DNA of 64,000 nt, taken from an uncultured Clostridia bacterium (lineage in GTDB: Bacteria; Bacillota; Clostridia; Oscillospirales; CAG-272). The notes under the pieces were generated by a model. It saw only the letters and a program-made list of their open reading frames with translations. It was not told the DNA's origin and did no database searches. Positions 28,674 to 38,887 of the stretch are shown piece by piece. The DNA is taken from contig CALXXF010000006.1 of NCBI GenBank assembly GCA_944392615.1, positions 4,204 through 68,203 on the forward strand, given 5' to 3'. The translations under genes were made by a program, and so were the position numbers. The stretch's first letter is position 1, and each line of letters begins with the position of its first letter.

Positions 28674-31436
28674 TTATGTCTCTTGTTCGGTACTGCTGAG
28701 CTTTTTATAAAATACCTTGTCGAACATTATTTTACATATTTCATCAGAGTACTGTGTACCCGTCGATGGGTCTATCTTTCTTCCTCCAACAAGAAAGATA
28801 GAATCACCGTACGAAATTCCAGGACCCATGGCAATAGGAAAAGGAAGTGTAAATGAAACTGTCTCTGCTTTTTGCGCCGCAACGTCAAAGCGCTGTATTA
28901 CTTTCGTGAATGAACTATTGGTTATGAGCCCGCCCACAATGTAAACATAATTTCCGATAACTCCGGAGCAGAAGTCGAAAACCGCAGTAGGAAGTTTTTC
29001 TTCGATAGTCGTGATTGTCTCTGTGGTGGTATCAAATTTGAGTATGGTTCTGTATCCCTGTTTAGTGGCGGATTCAGACCCGCCGAACACATATATATCA
29101 GTACCGAAAGCAAATGCGGCAGCTCCCATTCGAGCAGCAGGCATAGTGACATCAAGCTGAGTAACCGTTTCTGTATCAAAATCAAATTTTACTATGTAAT
29201 TTGTGGTACCGCCTGTTATGTTACCGCCGAAGAAATACGCTGTGTTCCCAACGACAGCATGGGCAAAATCCTGCATACCTCTGGGAAGTGTTTTCTCCAG
29301 TGTGGAAATGCTCTGTGCCTCTGTATTCAACTTGTATATTTTGTCACTGTACACCTGGCCGCTTCCGCCGAAAATATATATATATTCGCCTCGCACTATT
29401 GATGCGGCGGCGCTCATGCCCTCAGGCAGCGTTACGTTCAACGTGCTCAACTCATTCGTGTCCAAATTATATTTCAGTATTGTGTCCAAGTCATTTCCGT
29501 TAAAACCTCCTATCACATACAAAATGTTGTCTGCACGTACCAATGAGCATCGCTGCATCTCCTGCGGCATTTGCTGTACCACATTGAAAGAGGCGTTCCT
29601 TGAAACAATAAAGCTCAGCTCCTCGTCACACAGATACAAAAGATGTTTTTCATATTCATCCGAGCTCACATCAGGAAGCGTTTCCACGATAGTTATGGCG
29701 CTTCCCGGCAATTTATAGTCTACATCATCGACAGTAAGGCTTACTAAAGTGTTCTGCGCCTCCTGAGAGTTATTTGCAATAACCTTTGTGGCTTTATTAA
29801 GCAAAGAGTTTACCTCTTGGGAAAGGTCCTGGGCAGGTATTCCCGTTTCAGGCAACACATATTTTTCATTCAGAGACTCGTTTATCTGATTGCATGTCTC
29901 GTTAAATTCATCCTGGTTTACCATGTCGCTTTTTATAGAAGAAACCGAAAATCTTGATGTGCCTCCGTCAAGCTTTGACAGGACTATCTCCGACGTTGCA
30001 GTGTCGTAGCTGCCTCCTGTAACCAGATCGCCTATGGGAAGCTCCACCTGCGAAAGGCTGAGCTGCTTGTCATCTAAAGTTGCAAGTGATGCTTTTAGCA
30101 TGAACGATGAGTCGTCAAACTCCATTCCTATTTTATTGGCGGTTTCAGAAAGAGGGGCGTACGTTGAGGAAATAACATTTCCCTGCGAATCTTTACCTGC
30201 AGAAAGTCCGGTGTATACGCCAGACTCGTCAAACTGTTTTTCGGTCCACAGCTTTCCGGCTGAATCAACCCCGACAGGGACCGTCATTGTTGCGTCCTTC
30301 ATTTCAGGCATAACGCATCCGGGTACACCGCTTTCTGCCAACCTGAGTGGCTGTCTCAGCCAGGTTACAGAGGCTTCGTCATCATCCGCATATATGTTGT
30401 CCCAATCAGCACCTTCTATAGAACCGGGATAGTTGTCGATTATTATATCACAATTACAGTCATAGAATCCATTTCCGTTTTTGTATATCTTTCTTACAGT
30501 ACAAGGTACATACACAGTAGCTTTATACGGCATGTACTCGCTCACTCCTGCAGGCTTTGAAAAGCCCTGTGGTATTTTCATCTGTATTTCGTTTACAGCA
30601 TAGTACCTGTCTGTGCCGTTTTCTTCATAATGTATAAGCTCCGGGATGTATACTTTGTCTATATCTGTCGGGCATAAGCACATAGAAGCGTAATACTCTG
30701 TTCCGTTTTCAGATTCCGAATTTTCCGATACAACGTAAATTATACCCGAACTGTCTGTCAGAATCCCATCTTCCAATGAAACGGCATTTTCTGTCCTCTG
30801 CCATATTGAATCCAGCTTCTTTTTGTCTTCAGACTTCATAAGTCCGTCTGATTCTTCCGTTACCGTTCCTATGCCTGTTTTTATATCTTCAATAGTGATG
30901 TCTGAAAATTTTACCCATGAGTATGCGCCATCTGAAGCTGAAACACAAACATAAAGCTCGGGTGAAGAAAGGCTATCTTGTATAACAATGTATATATTTC
31001 CCACCTTGCCTTCGACAGAATTATCAGGGGGAACTGTTCCGGTTTTAGTTGCGGAAGCCACCTGACTTTCATAAAAATCAATAAGCGTGGTGTTTTCGTC
31101 CAGCGTCAGGTATCCTGAAAAATTACCGTCTGTTATGTCCCCGAAAAGGTCCTTCAGAGTATGCTCAGGCTCTATACCTGTATGTAGCCTCAGTGCCTGC
31201 GAATCACTGAGTGATATGTCGTCAGATATTTTCTGAACTGCATCTGCAAGGGCGTTATAATAGTCAATTATAAGCCTTGGAAGCTTGTCGAACGCCGCTT
31301 TGACGTCGGACGGGCTCATTCTCGCACACCCGTATACACCGCTTGATGAAGGTCTGTCGGGCATATTGTCCTTAACACTGCATTTTTTTATTTCTGTTTC
31401 TGTTATCTTTTTTATTCCGTTTACGCTCATTATCAT
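28674..31436 (-). CDS. large tail-fibre-like protein with a C-terminal six-bladed Kelch-type beta-propeller
   Basis: 920 aa with no signal peptide. ESDGLMKSEDKKKLDSI (aa ~195-211) is a motif common in phage tail fibres. The C-terminal ~300 aa carry six Kelch-like blades (YVIGGFNG, YIFGGSG, YFFGGNI, YVFGGSE, YIVGGLI, FLVGGRK). RBS GAAAGGAAAA. Confidence 0.7.
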   Translation of the reverse strand: MIMSVNGIKKITETEIKKCSVKDNMPDRPSSSGVYGCARMSPSDVKAAFDKLPRLIIDYYNALADAVQKISDDISLSDSQALRLHTGIEPEHTLKDLFGDITDGNFSGYLTLDENTTLIDFYESQVASATKTGTVPPDNSVEGKVGNIYIVIQDSLSSPELYVCVSASDGAYSWVKFSDITIEDIKTGIGTVTEESDGLMKSEDKKKLDSIWQRTENAVSLEDGILTDSSGIIYVVSENSESENGTEYYASMCLCPTDIDKVYIPELIHYEENGTDRYYAVNEIQMKIPQGFSKPAGVSEYMPYKATVYVPCTVRKIYKNGNGFYDCNCDIIIDNYPGSIEGADWDNIYADDDEASVTWLRQPLRLAESGVPGCVMPEMKDATMTVPVGVDSAGKLWTEKQFDESGVYTGLSAGKDSQGNVISSTYAPLSETANKIGMEFDDSSFMLKASLATLDDKQLSLSQVELPIGDLVTGGSYDTATSEIVLSKLDGGTSRFSVSSIKSDMVNQDEFNETCNQINESLNEKYVLPETGIPAQDLSQEVNSLLNKATKVIANNSQEAQNTLVSLTVDDVDYKLPGSAITIVETLPDVSSDEYEKHLLYLCDEELSFIVSRNASFNVVQQMPQEMQRCSLVRADNILYVIGGFNGNDLDTILKYNLDTNELSTLNVTLPEGMSAAASIVRGEYIYIFGGSGQVYSDKIYKLNTEAQSISTLEKTLPRGMQDFAHAVVGNTAYFFGGNITGGTTNYIVKFDFDTETVTQLDVTMPAARMGAAAFAFGTDIYVFGGSESATKQGYRTILKFDTTTETITTIEEKLPTAVFDFCSGVIGNYVYIVGGLITNSSFTKVIQRFDVAAQKAETVSFTLPFPIAMGPGISYGDSIFLVGGRKIDPSTGTQYSDEICKIMFDKVFYKKLSSTEQET

Positions 31437-31612
31437 ATTTTCCTTTCACTGAAATTCATGCTTCTGAAGACAGATACGCGGGCTCTTCGTGCTGCATGTT
31501 TGTTTACGTCTGGATTTTACAATAAAAAAGCGTGCAAAAATAACACCTTCAGATTACGCCTTGAGTATTCTGCGGCATAGCGCAAAATGTAATCGCATAT
31601 TTCTTATGACTG

Positions 31613-31630
31613 TTGTGGCTCATGCCACAA
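31613..31630. promoter_or_regulatory. 18-bp palindrome TTGTGGC-TCAT-GCCACAA in the divergent intergenic region
   Basis: Perfect 7-bp arms, ending 5 nt upstream of the -35 of the CotH promoter. This is a candidate regulator site; function unknown. Confidence 0.3.
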
Positions 31631-31635
31631 TTTTG

Positions 31636-31664
31636 TTGACAAAATCCCTTGCATGATGCATAAT
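31636..31664 (+). promoter_or_regulatory. candidate sigma-A promoter of the CotH gene
   Basis: TTGACA (31636-31641), 17 nt, CATAAT (31659-31664). Confidence 0.5.
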
Positions 31665-31764
31665 ATATACATAATAATGGGAGCAGGCGTCTTTTCCCTT
31701 CTTCCACAAACACGCAATGCCGGACTTACCGGCCGACACATATCACCTCAAAGGAGTAAACAAG

Positions 31765-34353
31765 ATGAAAAAAAAGCTGGTATTGTCAATATTAGCTGTC
31801 ATGATGGCTGTAGTTGTTCTTTTAGCGGCTGGCTGCTCTGGCAACACAGACACGACCGAACCGGATGACACGCGGGATACTGATGTTGCAACTTCTTCCG
31901 GAGCACCGGATGACCCTGATGTCAGTTCTTCGCCCGGAACAAACGGAACCGGTCCTGGCACAAACGATGATGACACAAGCAATAAACCAGCGCAGAGCAC
32001 TCCGGAAGACGACACAGACAGTACATCGGAAAATACACCGGAGCAAAGCAATACGGAAAAGCCCGACGACACAGATAAACCGGATAATACAGAGCCGCCT
32101 CAGGAAACAGAACAAACCACCAAGCCGGATGAAACGACCGAGGATGAACCTGTGGTTGAACCCCCCGAGGGAACCAAAATAAACGTCAAGTATGTTGTTA
32201 ACAATTCCGATGCCGGCGGAATTTCCGGAAAAACGTCTCAGACCGTGCTGTACGGACAGACGGTGACCTCAATAGTCACAGCTAACCCGAAACTCGGATA
32301 CAAATTCGTAGGCTGGAGTGACGGAAACACTTCGCAGACGAGAAAAGGTGAATGCCCCACTGAGTCGGTGACCTACACTGCCATATTTGAGTACGATTTT
32401 CTTGAACTTCCCGTAATAAGTCTGAGAACGGATTCCGGGTTAGACATCACCGACAAGATAAATTATGTATCGGGTACGATATCTATCTATAACGCCCCCG
32501 ACCGATTCTGCTTTGAGGATCTTCCCATGGAGATACGCGGGAGAGGAAACTACACGTGGGGCTCCACTTTTAACCCCGATCCCATGTATAATAAGCGCCC
32601 GTATCGTATAAAGCTATCCGAGAAGATGAATCTGCTCGGAAACTCCGACGGAACAGCAAAAATATACACACTGATAGCAAACCACTGCGACCAGTCGCTT
32701 CTTCGCAATCAGATATCCATGGGATTTGCAAAATCGCTGACCGGCATAGTTTGGGAGCCCTCGGCAACAAGCGTTGAGGTATTTCTGAACGGCAACTACA
32801 TAGGCGTTTACATGCTTGCAGACCAGGTACACGTCCAGGAGAGCAGAATAAATCTTTCGGAGGATTACGAATCATCATCCGAAATAGATTTTCTCATACA
32901 CCGCTCCGGATACGCCGAATATCCGAGCTTCAACATCGACGGAGAGCCTTACGAGGTAGTCAATGACCTTTCCGAAAATCCGTCCCTCGCCTCAATGCAG
33001 CTGCAGTATATAAGCAACAGGATAGCTGAATGCTGGAATGCCGTCAAGCGAGGCAGTCAGGAGGAAGTCGAAAAACTGATAGACTTAGACTCGGTCGTAG
33101 ACGTGTATATTGTACACGAACTGTTCAAGAACCTTGATACCGGGTGGGATAACTTCTACATGTTTGCAGAGACTGACGGAAAGCTGTTTTTCGGTCCCAC
33201 ATGGGATTTTGACCAGTGCGCAGGAAACGCAAACGAGGGAGTCGAAAATTATCAGGGACTTCGCGGAAGCCTCACAAACGCGTGGTTCAGGCTGTTCTTA
33301 TCACTCGATTGGTTCAAAGAGCTTGTTGTTGAGCGCTGGGACGAACTTTATGACGAAATATGTGATATTCCTGATACAATAAGGGAAACGGCTCAGTCGG
33401 CGTATAACTCTTATTGCAGGAACTTTGACAAGTGGCAGATCTGGGGATACCAGATAAACAGGGAGACAGAAGTCATAAGGTCTATGCACACCTACAAGGA
33501 GCACTATGAATATTTTGCCGGGTGGATGGCAAACCGCGCCGTGTGGCTGAACTCGTATTATCACTCCCCTGAATTTATAAGTCAGCCGGTAAAAAATGAG
33601 CTTGAAGGAAACGGAACCGTATCTTCCCCGTATCTGATAGAAAACGCAGAGGATTTCTATAATCTGTATATGCTGATTCAGTCCGGTGAGACTTTCTCAG
33701 GAAGCTACTTCAAGCAGACCGCCGACATAGATATGACTACAATCAACTATTATTCAGGACTCACCTCACAGTACACCTTTGCGGGTGTATATAACGGAAA
33801 CGGTCACACCATACATGCAGAGCTCTCAGGCGGAAGTGACAACTGCATCTTCCCGTACGTTTCCGGAACAATCATGAATCTTATAACTACAGGCTCTATA
33901 AATAATTCCGGAATAACAGGTGGAATAGCACGTTCTGTGAGAGAGGGCGGACTGATATTCAACTGCGGCTCCACAATGACTCTGACTACCACAGGAAACG
34001 CCGGAGGAATCGTTCCCTCCAATCAGACGAACGGAGGCGACGTAATAGGATGCTGGTTTGCCGGAAAAATAAACGCAATGGGCTCCTTCGGTCCCATCAA
34101 TATATATTTTGACGGAAGAGACGGCACGTTCGTTTTCAACTACTATTGCGACGATTTCTGTGATCCTGAGGTTGCCGCAAACGCAAATATCAGACCTGAC
34201 TCCGAGACAGCAATCACAAGAGATCAGCTTGCCTCACTTCACGAAAATCTCAATAAGAACCTCGCGTCTGCCGCAAGAGCAGCAGGTATTTCAACCAAGG
34301 ATGTATGTAGCTGGACGGTAAAAGACGGTATTCCGTCAATGATTTCAAAATAA
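31765..34353 (+). CDS. CotH-family (atypical kinase fold) lipoprotein with low-complexity linker, Listeria/Bacteroides-repeat and GLUG-like C-terminal domains
   Basis: The start is set at MKKKLVLSILAVMMAVVVLLAAGCSG (lipobox AAGC; AAAGGAG RBS). A T/D/P-rich linker follows. A YGQTVTSIVTANPKLGYKFVGWSDG repeat is present. CotH core motifs are PYRIKL, GVYMLADQV and FGPTWDFDQCAGN. The tail has ITGGIARS and NAGGIVP. Confidence 0.8.
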   Translation: MKKKLVLSILAVMMAVVVLLAAGCSGNTDTTEPDDTRDTDVATSSGAPDDPDVSSSPGTNGTGPGTNDDDTSNKPAQSTPEDDTDSTSENTPEQSNTEKPDDTDKPDNTEPPQETEQTTKPDETTEDEPVVEPPEGTKINVKYVVNNSDAGGISGKTSQTVLYGQTVTSIVTANPKLGYKFVGWSDGNTSQTRKGECPTESVTYTAIFEYDFLELPVISLRTDSGLDITDKINYVSGTISIYNAPDRFCFEDLPMEIRGRGNYTWGSTFNPDPMYNKRPYRIKLSEKMNLLGNSDGTAKIYTLIANHCDQSLLRNQISMGFAKSLTGIVWEPSATSVEVFLNGNYIGVYMLADQVHVQESRINLSEDYESSSEIDFLIHRSGYAEYPSFNIDGEPYEVVNDLSENPSLASMQLQYISNRIAECWNAVKRGSQEEVEKLIDLDSVVDVYIVHELFKNLDTGWDNFYMFAETDGKLFFGPTWDFDQCAGNANEGVENYQGLRGSLTNAWFRLFLSLDWFKELVVERWDELYDEICDIPDTIRETAQSAYNSYCRNFDKWQIWGYQINRETEVIRSMHTYKEHYEYFAGWMANRAVWLNSYYHSPEFISQPVKNELEGNGTVSSPYLIENAEDFYNLYMLIQSGETFSGSYFKQTADIDMTTINYYSGLTSQYTFAGVYNGNGHTIHAELSGGSDNCIFPYVSGTIMNLITTGSINNSGITGGIARSVREGGLIFNCGSTMTLTTTGNAGGIVPSNQTNGGDVIGCWFAGKINAMGSFGPINIYFDGRDGTFVFNYYCDDFCDPEVAANANIRPDSETAITRDQLASLHENLNKNLASAARAAGISTKDVCSWTVKDGIPSMISK

Positions 34354-34489
34354 GTATATTTTGAGAATTATAAAATGTGTTTTGTGATTTTACGTGACTT
34401 GTTATATAAACTTGCGTCGGAAATGCTTCTCTTCATTTGACCGCACTTCATCATACTTCATAACATTTGAACCTACAAAAAACAGAAAT

Positions 34490-34533
34490 CGCCCTGCATG
34501 AATGTCTGAGCATTCATGCAGGGCGGTCTTTTG
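34490..34533 (+). terminator. rho-independent terminator
   Basis: 15-bp perfect stem CGCCCTGCATGAATG / CATTCATGCAGGGCG followed by GTCTTTTG. Confidence 0.85.
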
Positions 34534-34710
34534 TCAGCGGGCACTGCCAGTTTGCTTTCTGAAACTGCGGTCTTATTGCTGTTAGGAAACGGTCCGAACA
34601 GATTGCGGTCTTATGGACTTAGCGCATTTACTGCGAATTTACTGCAAAAAATTAATCTGATTTTAACGTCCGCACTGCAATCAAGAAACTATATCCGTAT
34701 TTTTGTAGGA

Positions 34711-35451
34711 TTATCTGCGGTGGGAGCCGGGAATTCCGGTGGTTATCTTTTTCACATTAGGGCATATCAGCTGTGAAACACGGTTTACCGGAGCCGCCCA
34801 GCGCACGGCATTTGTTATTACTCTCTGTACGCTCTTGTTATGAAAGGTAGGACAAGTTTCATGTCCGGGCTGGAAATAAAAGACACGGCCGTTTTCTCTT
34901 ACATAGCAGCACCCGCTCCTGAACACCTCGCCGCCTTCATACCATCCTACAAAGACAAGCTCATCAGGCTGTGGTATTGCAAAGGGCTCGCTGTAAGTCT
35001 CTTCTTCCTCTATCTCGAAGTATGTATCTATGCCCTGGGCAATCGGATGTGACGGAGCTGTGACCCACACCCTTTCAAGATCTCCGTCCTCTCTCCAGGA
35101 GAGATTGCAGGTCGTCCCCATGAGAAGGCGGAACGGCTTAGAGTGATGAGCGGAATGCAGAGCTATAAAACCCATGCCCTTGAGTACAGCGTTTTTTACT
35201 CTTTCTGCAACGGAATCCGGGACATCGCCGTGACGGAGGTGTCCCCACCATATAAGGACATCCGTAGAATTTATCACATCATCTGTAAGACCGCACTCCT
35301 CGTCGTCAAGAGTGACAGTCCTTACCGTAATATCATCGTTTTCACCGAGAAATTTTGCGATGGCATTGTGTATGCCGTCAGGATACAGCTTTCTCACATT
35401 TTCGTCAAACTTTTCATGACAAAACTCATTGTAAATAGTTACAGAAATCAT
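34711..35451 (-). CDS. ThuA-domain (trehalose-utilisation-like) protein
   Basis: 246 aa; VTIYNEFCHE...DVLIWWGHLRHGDV...ALHSAHHSKPF matches the ThuA family pattern. Confidence 0.8.
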   Translation of the reverse strand: MISVTIYNEFCHEKFDENVRKLYPDGIHNAIAKFLGENDDITVRTVTLDDEECGLTDDVINSTDVLIWWGHLRHGDVPDSVAERVKNAVLKGMGFIALHSAHHSKPFRLLMGTTCNLSWREDGDLERVWVTAPSHPIAQGIDTYFEIEEEETYSEPFAIPQPDELVFVGWYEGGEVFRSGCCYVRENGRVFYFQPGHETCPTFHNKSVQRVITNAVRWAAPVNRVSQLICPNVKKITTGIPGSHRR

Positions 35452-35617
35452 CTGATGAATTTCCTCACTTTCAAATTTTTAAATTCAGTTAAAAACCGCG
35501 GCACTGTCAGTAAAACTGTACTGCAGCAGGCGGGCGTGACAAGTAAAAACCGTCAAAAGGACCCTGAAGCTGTGAAACAGCCGCAGACAAAAAAGCAACG
35601 GAAGGAATACCGCCTTG

Positions 35618-36043
35618 TCAGTTGTTTTGTACCTTGCTTTCGCAGTATATACAGCGGTATATTTTTTCTTCCCTGTTAGTAAGCTTGAAAACATGGTCAA
35701 GCTCCTGCTCGGTAGTGGTTATGCAGCGGGGATTTTTGCATCTGACTATATTTTTAATTATAAGCGGAAGTTCAATATGCTTTTTTTCGATTATTTTTCC
35801 ATCTTTAATGACATTTATGGTTATTTCAGAATCCACATAACCTATAGCATCCAAATCTATGTCGATATCGGAATCCACTTTGATTATGTCTTTCTTGCCC
35901 ATTTTACCGCTGTGAACATTTTTTATGATGGCAACGGGACAATCGAGTTTTTCAAGACCAAGTATTTTATATATCTCCATTGCCTTTCCAGCTTTTATGT
36001 GGTCGATCACTATGCCGTTTGTAATAGAATCTATGTACATCAC
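35618..36043 (-). CDS. pyrI: aspartate carbamoyltransferase regulatory subunit
   Basis: 141 aa; IDSITNGIVIDHI plus a C-terminal CxxxxC...CxxC zinc domain (RCKNPRCIT...YRCIYC). Confidence 0.9.
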   Translation of the reverse strand: MMYIDSITNGIVIDHIKAGKAMEIYKILGLEKLDCPVAIIKNVHSGKMGKKDIIKVDSDIDIDLDAIGYVDSEITINVIKDGKIIEKKHIELPLIIKNIVRCKNPRCITTTEQELDHVFKLTNREEKIYRCIYCESKVQNN

Positions 36044-36057
36044 AAAGCTCCATTTCT

Positions 36058-36972
36058 TCAGTTTATGCCAAGCAGCTTCATTATAAGCGACATACGTATG
36101 TATTTACCGTACAGCACCTGCTTGAAATAGCATGCCCGTTCATCAGAATCCACAGAAACCGATATTTCATTAACGCGCGGAAGGGGGTGAAGTATTATCA
36201 TGTCCTTTTTAGCTGGAACGAGCTTTTCAGGAGTCAGAATATAACTGTCCTTAAGACGCGCGTAATCTTCTTCGTTAAAGAAACGCTCTCTTTGAACTCT
36301 TGTCATGTACAGGACATCAAGAGATGGTATGACATCCTCAAGCGATGATGTCTGGGTGTAGGGTATACCGTTTTTGGCGATTACCTCTTTTTTTATGTAA
36401 CTCGGAAGTTTGAGTTCATCAGGCGATATAAGTACAAACTTTATACCTGAGTATCTTGAAAGCGCATTTATCAACGAATGCACTGTCCTTCCGAATTTTA
36501 AATCCCCGCAGAAACCGATTGTAAAATCAGAGAGTCTTCCCTTCTCTCTGTATATTGTGAGAAGGTCTGCGAGCGTTTGCGTAGGATGATTGTGACCGCC
36601 GTCCCCGGCGTTTATTATAGGGACGCCGGATACCCTCGAAGCGACGAGAGGGGCGCCTTCTTTTGGATGTCGCATTGCTATTATATCGGCATAGCAGCTG
36701 ACAACTTTTATAGTGTCGGCAACGCTTTCGCCTTTTGAAGCGGAGCTGCTCTGCGCCTCAGAAAATCCTATGACATGTCCGCCCAATTCATACATTGCAG
36801 CCTCAAATGAGAGACGTGTCCTCGTAGACGGCTCAAAGAAAAGTGTGGCGAGCTTTTTCCCTGCGCATTTGCGGGAATAGGCGTCCGGATGAGCTATTAT
36901 ATCGTTAGCTCTCGAAATCAACCCATCTATTTCTTCAGTTGACAAATCGCAAATATCTATCAGATGCTTCAT
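36058..36972 (-). CDS. pyrB: aspartate carbamoyltransferase catalytic subunit
   Basis: [17 protein letters not shown] and HPLPR motifs. The start is set at the ATG at 36972 (GAAAGGAAA RBS) rather than the tracked 37026. Confidence 0.9.
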   Translation of the reverse strand: MKHLIDICDLSTEEIDGLISRANDIIAHPDAYSRKCAGKKLATLFFEPSTRTRLSFEAAMYELGGHVIGFSEAQSSSASKGESVADTIKVVSCYADIIAMRHPKEGAPLVASRVSGVPIINAGDGGHNHPTQTLADLLTIYREKGRLSDFTIGFCGDLKFGRTVHSLINALSRYSGIKFVLISPDELKLPSYIKKEVIAKNGIPYTQTSSLEDVIPSLDVLYMTRVQRERFFNEEDYARLKDSYILTPEKLVPAKKDMIILHPLPRVNEISVSVDSDERACYFKQVLYGKYIRMSLIMKLLGIN

Positions 36973-37263
36973 ATGACATTTCCTTTCGGGTATGTTCTGG
37001 TATATCTGGATACATTCCGGCAACACGAACTAAGAATAACAGCGATAAAATAATAATGATGACTGCAGTTGAAGAAGAGCCACCGTCAGATGGTACCGTG
37101 GAAGCGGTGACTGGCGAGCCTCAGCAAAAGCTGCACTGCCTGCAGCACTGTAAATAAGCTGATAAACCTTGATGCAAAATCAGGCAGGCGTCCTGAAAAC
37201 CCGGATCGGCGTCTTTAAGATGCATCAAAGCTTCTTGTGTAGCATTGCCTCCGGAATAAAGCG

Positions 37264-37914
37264 TCAACCCTTGATCCAGCTTTCGTCGCTCGGATTGTTT
37301 CTGAAAGCTATGAGCCTTTCGACATCCTCAGGCTTAATATACCCTGTCTGCGCCGCCACTACGGATATGCAGTCAAAATCTGTGAGACTGATATTTCTCA
37401 CGCCTGCTGCCTCAAGTCGCTCAATTCCTTTTTTCATACCGTATGTGAATATACTTGCAATGCCAAGTACTTCTGCCCCCGAATCTCTCAGAACATCGAC
37501 AACCTCAAGAACGCTTCCTCCTGTAGATATAAGGTCTTCGATTACAACGACCTTCTGTCCGGGTTCGAGCTTTCCCTCAATCTGATTGTTCCTGCCGTGA
37601 TCCTTTGCTCCCGAACGGACATATCCCATGGGTATGCCCATTATGTGCGCAGTTATAGCGGCGTGAGCTATTCCGGCAGTGCTTGTTCCCATCAGGACCT
37701 CCGCCTGCGGATAGTATTCTCTGACAACCGAGACAAGTCCGTTTTCCACATGATTTCTGACTTCCGGTGCGGTAAGTGTGAGCCTGTTGTCGCAATACAC
37801 TGGACTCTTTATCCCGCTTGCCCATGTAAACGGTTCGTCGGGGCGAAAAAAAACCGCCTTTATCGAGAGAAGATCTCTTGCAATTTGTTCCTTGAGTGTC
37901 ATTGTCTTTATCAT
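37264..37914 (-). CDS. pyrE: orotate phosphoribosyltransferase
   Basis: 216 aa with the PRPP-binding motif KVVVIEDLISTGGS. Confidence 0.9.
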   Translation of the reverse strand: MIKTMTLKEQIARDLLSIKAVFFRPDEPFTWASGIKSPVYCDNRLTLTAPEVRNHVENGLVSVVREYYPQAEVLMGTSTAGIAHAAITAHIMGIPMGYVRSGAKDHGRNNQIEGKLEPGQKVVVIEDLISTGGSVLEVVDVLRDSGAEVLGIASIFTYGMKKGIERLEAAGVRNISLTDFDCISVVAAQTGYIKPEDVERLIAFRNNPSDESWIKG

Positions 37915-38188
37915 TCCTTTCCTTCAATCAAACGGTAACCATGCATTTTATAAAGAGTTATAAAAAGAAAAATTAATAAACAGGATAAGCGGACATTGCG
38001 GGAATTTTAAAAGCAGATATCAGAATAAACAGACGCTTGGGAAAGTATATAATCATGAAATTTATTAACAAATAACCCAGGCATTTTTATTCTGAAGCGG
38101 CTGCAAACACGCGATCAAAGCTGCCAGTAAACACGCTCTTCAGGCAGTGGCAGTGCCTTGTCCGGAATACTCTGTGATAAAATAAAAT

Positions 38189-38887
38189 TCAGCCCACAAA
38201 TTCTGCAAGACATCTTTCATAAGCAGCCACAGGGTCCTGTGCAGCAGTTATAGGTCTGCCAACTACTATATAATCGCTGCCAAGCGTCTTGGCATCAGCC
38301 GGAGTAGTTATCCTGACCTGATCCCCGACATCTCCTCCTGCAAATCTTATTCCGGGGGTAACTGTCAAAAAAGAGCTGCCGCATACGGAATGTACCTTTC
38401 CTGCTTCAAGAGGCGAGCATACCACGCCGTCAAGACCGGCTTTTGCCGCATTTTGGGCATAGCTCATGACGACCTCGTCGAGCGGGCGGTCTATCAGAAG
38501 CTCATTTTTCATCCTTTCCTCACTCGTCGAAGTAAGCTGGGTAACGGCGATCAGAAGAGGTCTTGAGCCGTCCGGTCTTGTCAGACCTTCTATAGCTGAC
38601 GTCATCATAGCAGCTGTGCCGGCGGCGTGCAGATTACACATATCCACATCAAGACGCGAAAGGACAGACATAGCCTTTTTGACAGTGTTAGGTATATCAT
38701 GCAGCTTCAAATCAAGAAAAATACTGTGTCCGCGTCTTTTGATTTCCCTGACTATTTCAGGTCCTTCAGAATAGTATAGCTCCATTCCGATTTTAACAAA
38801 CGGCTTTCTCCCGGTGAACCTGTCAAGAAACGTGAGTACGTCGTTCTTTGACGAAAAATCACAGGCAATTATGACATCTTTTCCCAT
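38189..38887 (-). CDS. pyrF: orotidine-5'-phosphate decarboxylase
   Basis: IIACDF...KIGMELY...[13 protein letters not shown] are canonical motifs. The start overlaps the pyrD stop (TGATG). Confidence 0.9.
   Translation of the reverse strand: MGKDVIIACDFSSKNDVLTFLDRFTGRKPFVKIGMELYYSEGPEIVREIKRRGHSIFLDLKLHDIPNTVKKAMSVLSRLDVDMCNLHAAGTAAMMTSAIEGLTRPDGSRPLLIAVTQLTSTSEERMKNELLIDRPLDEVVMSYAQNAAKAGLDGVVCSPLEAGKVHSVCGSSFLTVTPGIRFAGGDVGDQVRITTPADAKTLGSDYIVVGRPITAAQDPVAAYERCLAEFVG

Noticed and set aside
34566-34645. Short repeated words downstream of thuA: TGCGGTCTTAT twice, 38 nt apart, and TTTACTGC twice, 11 nt apart.
   Set aside because: They are very short and have no associated structure, promoter or ORF. 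This is compatible with chance or a degenerate remnant.
37027-37263. Plus-strand ORFs 36939..37157 and 37169..37585 in the pyrE-pyrB gap.
   Set aside because: They are antisense to or overlap the pyr genes and have no RBS or motif. The gap itself is noted under the pyr finding.
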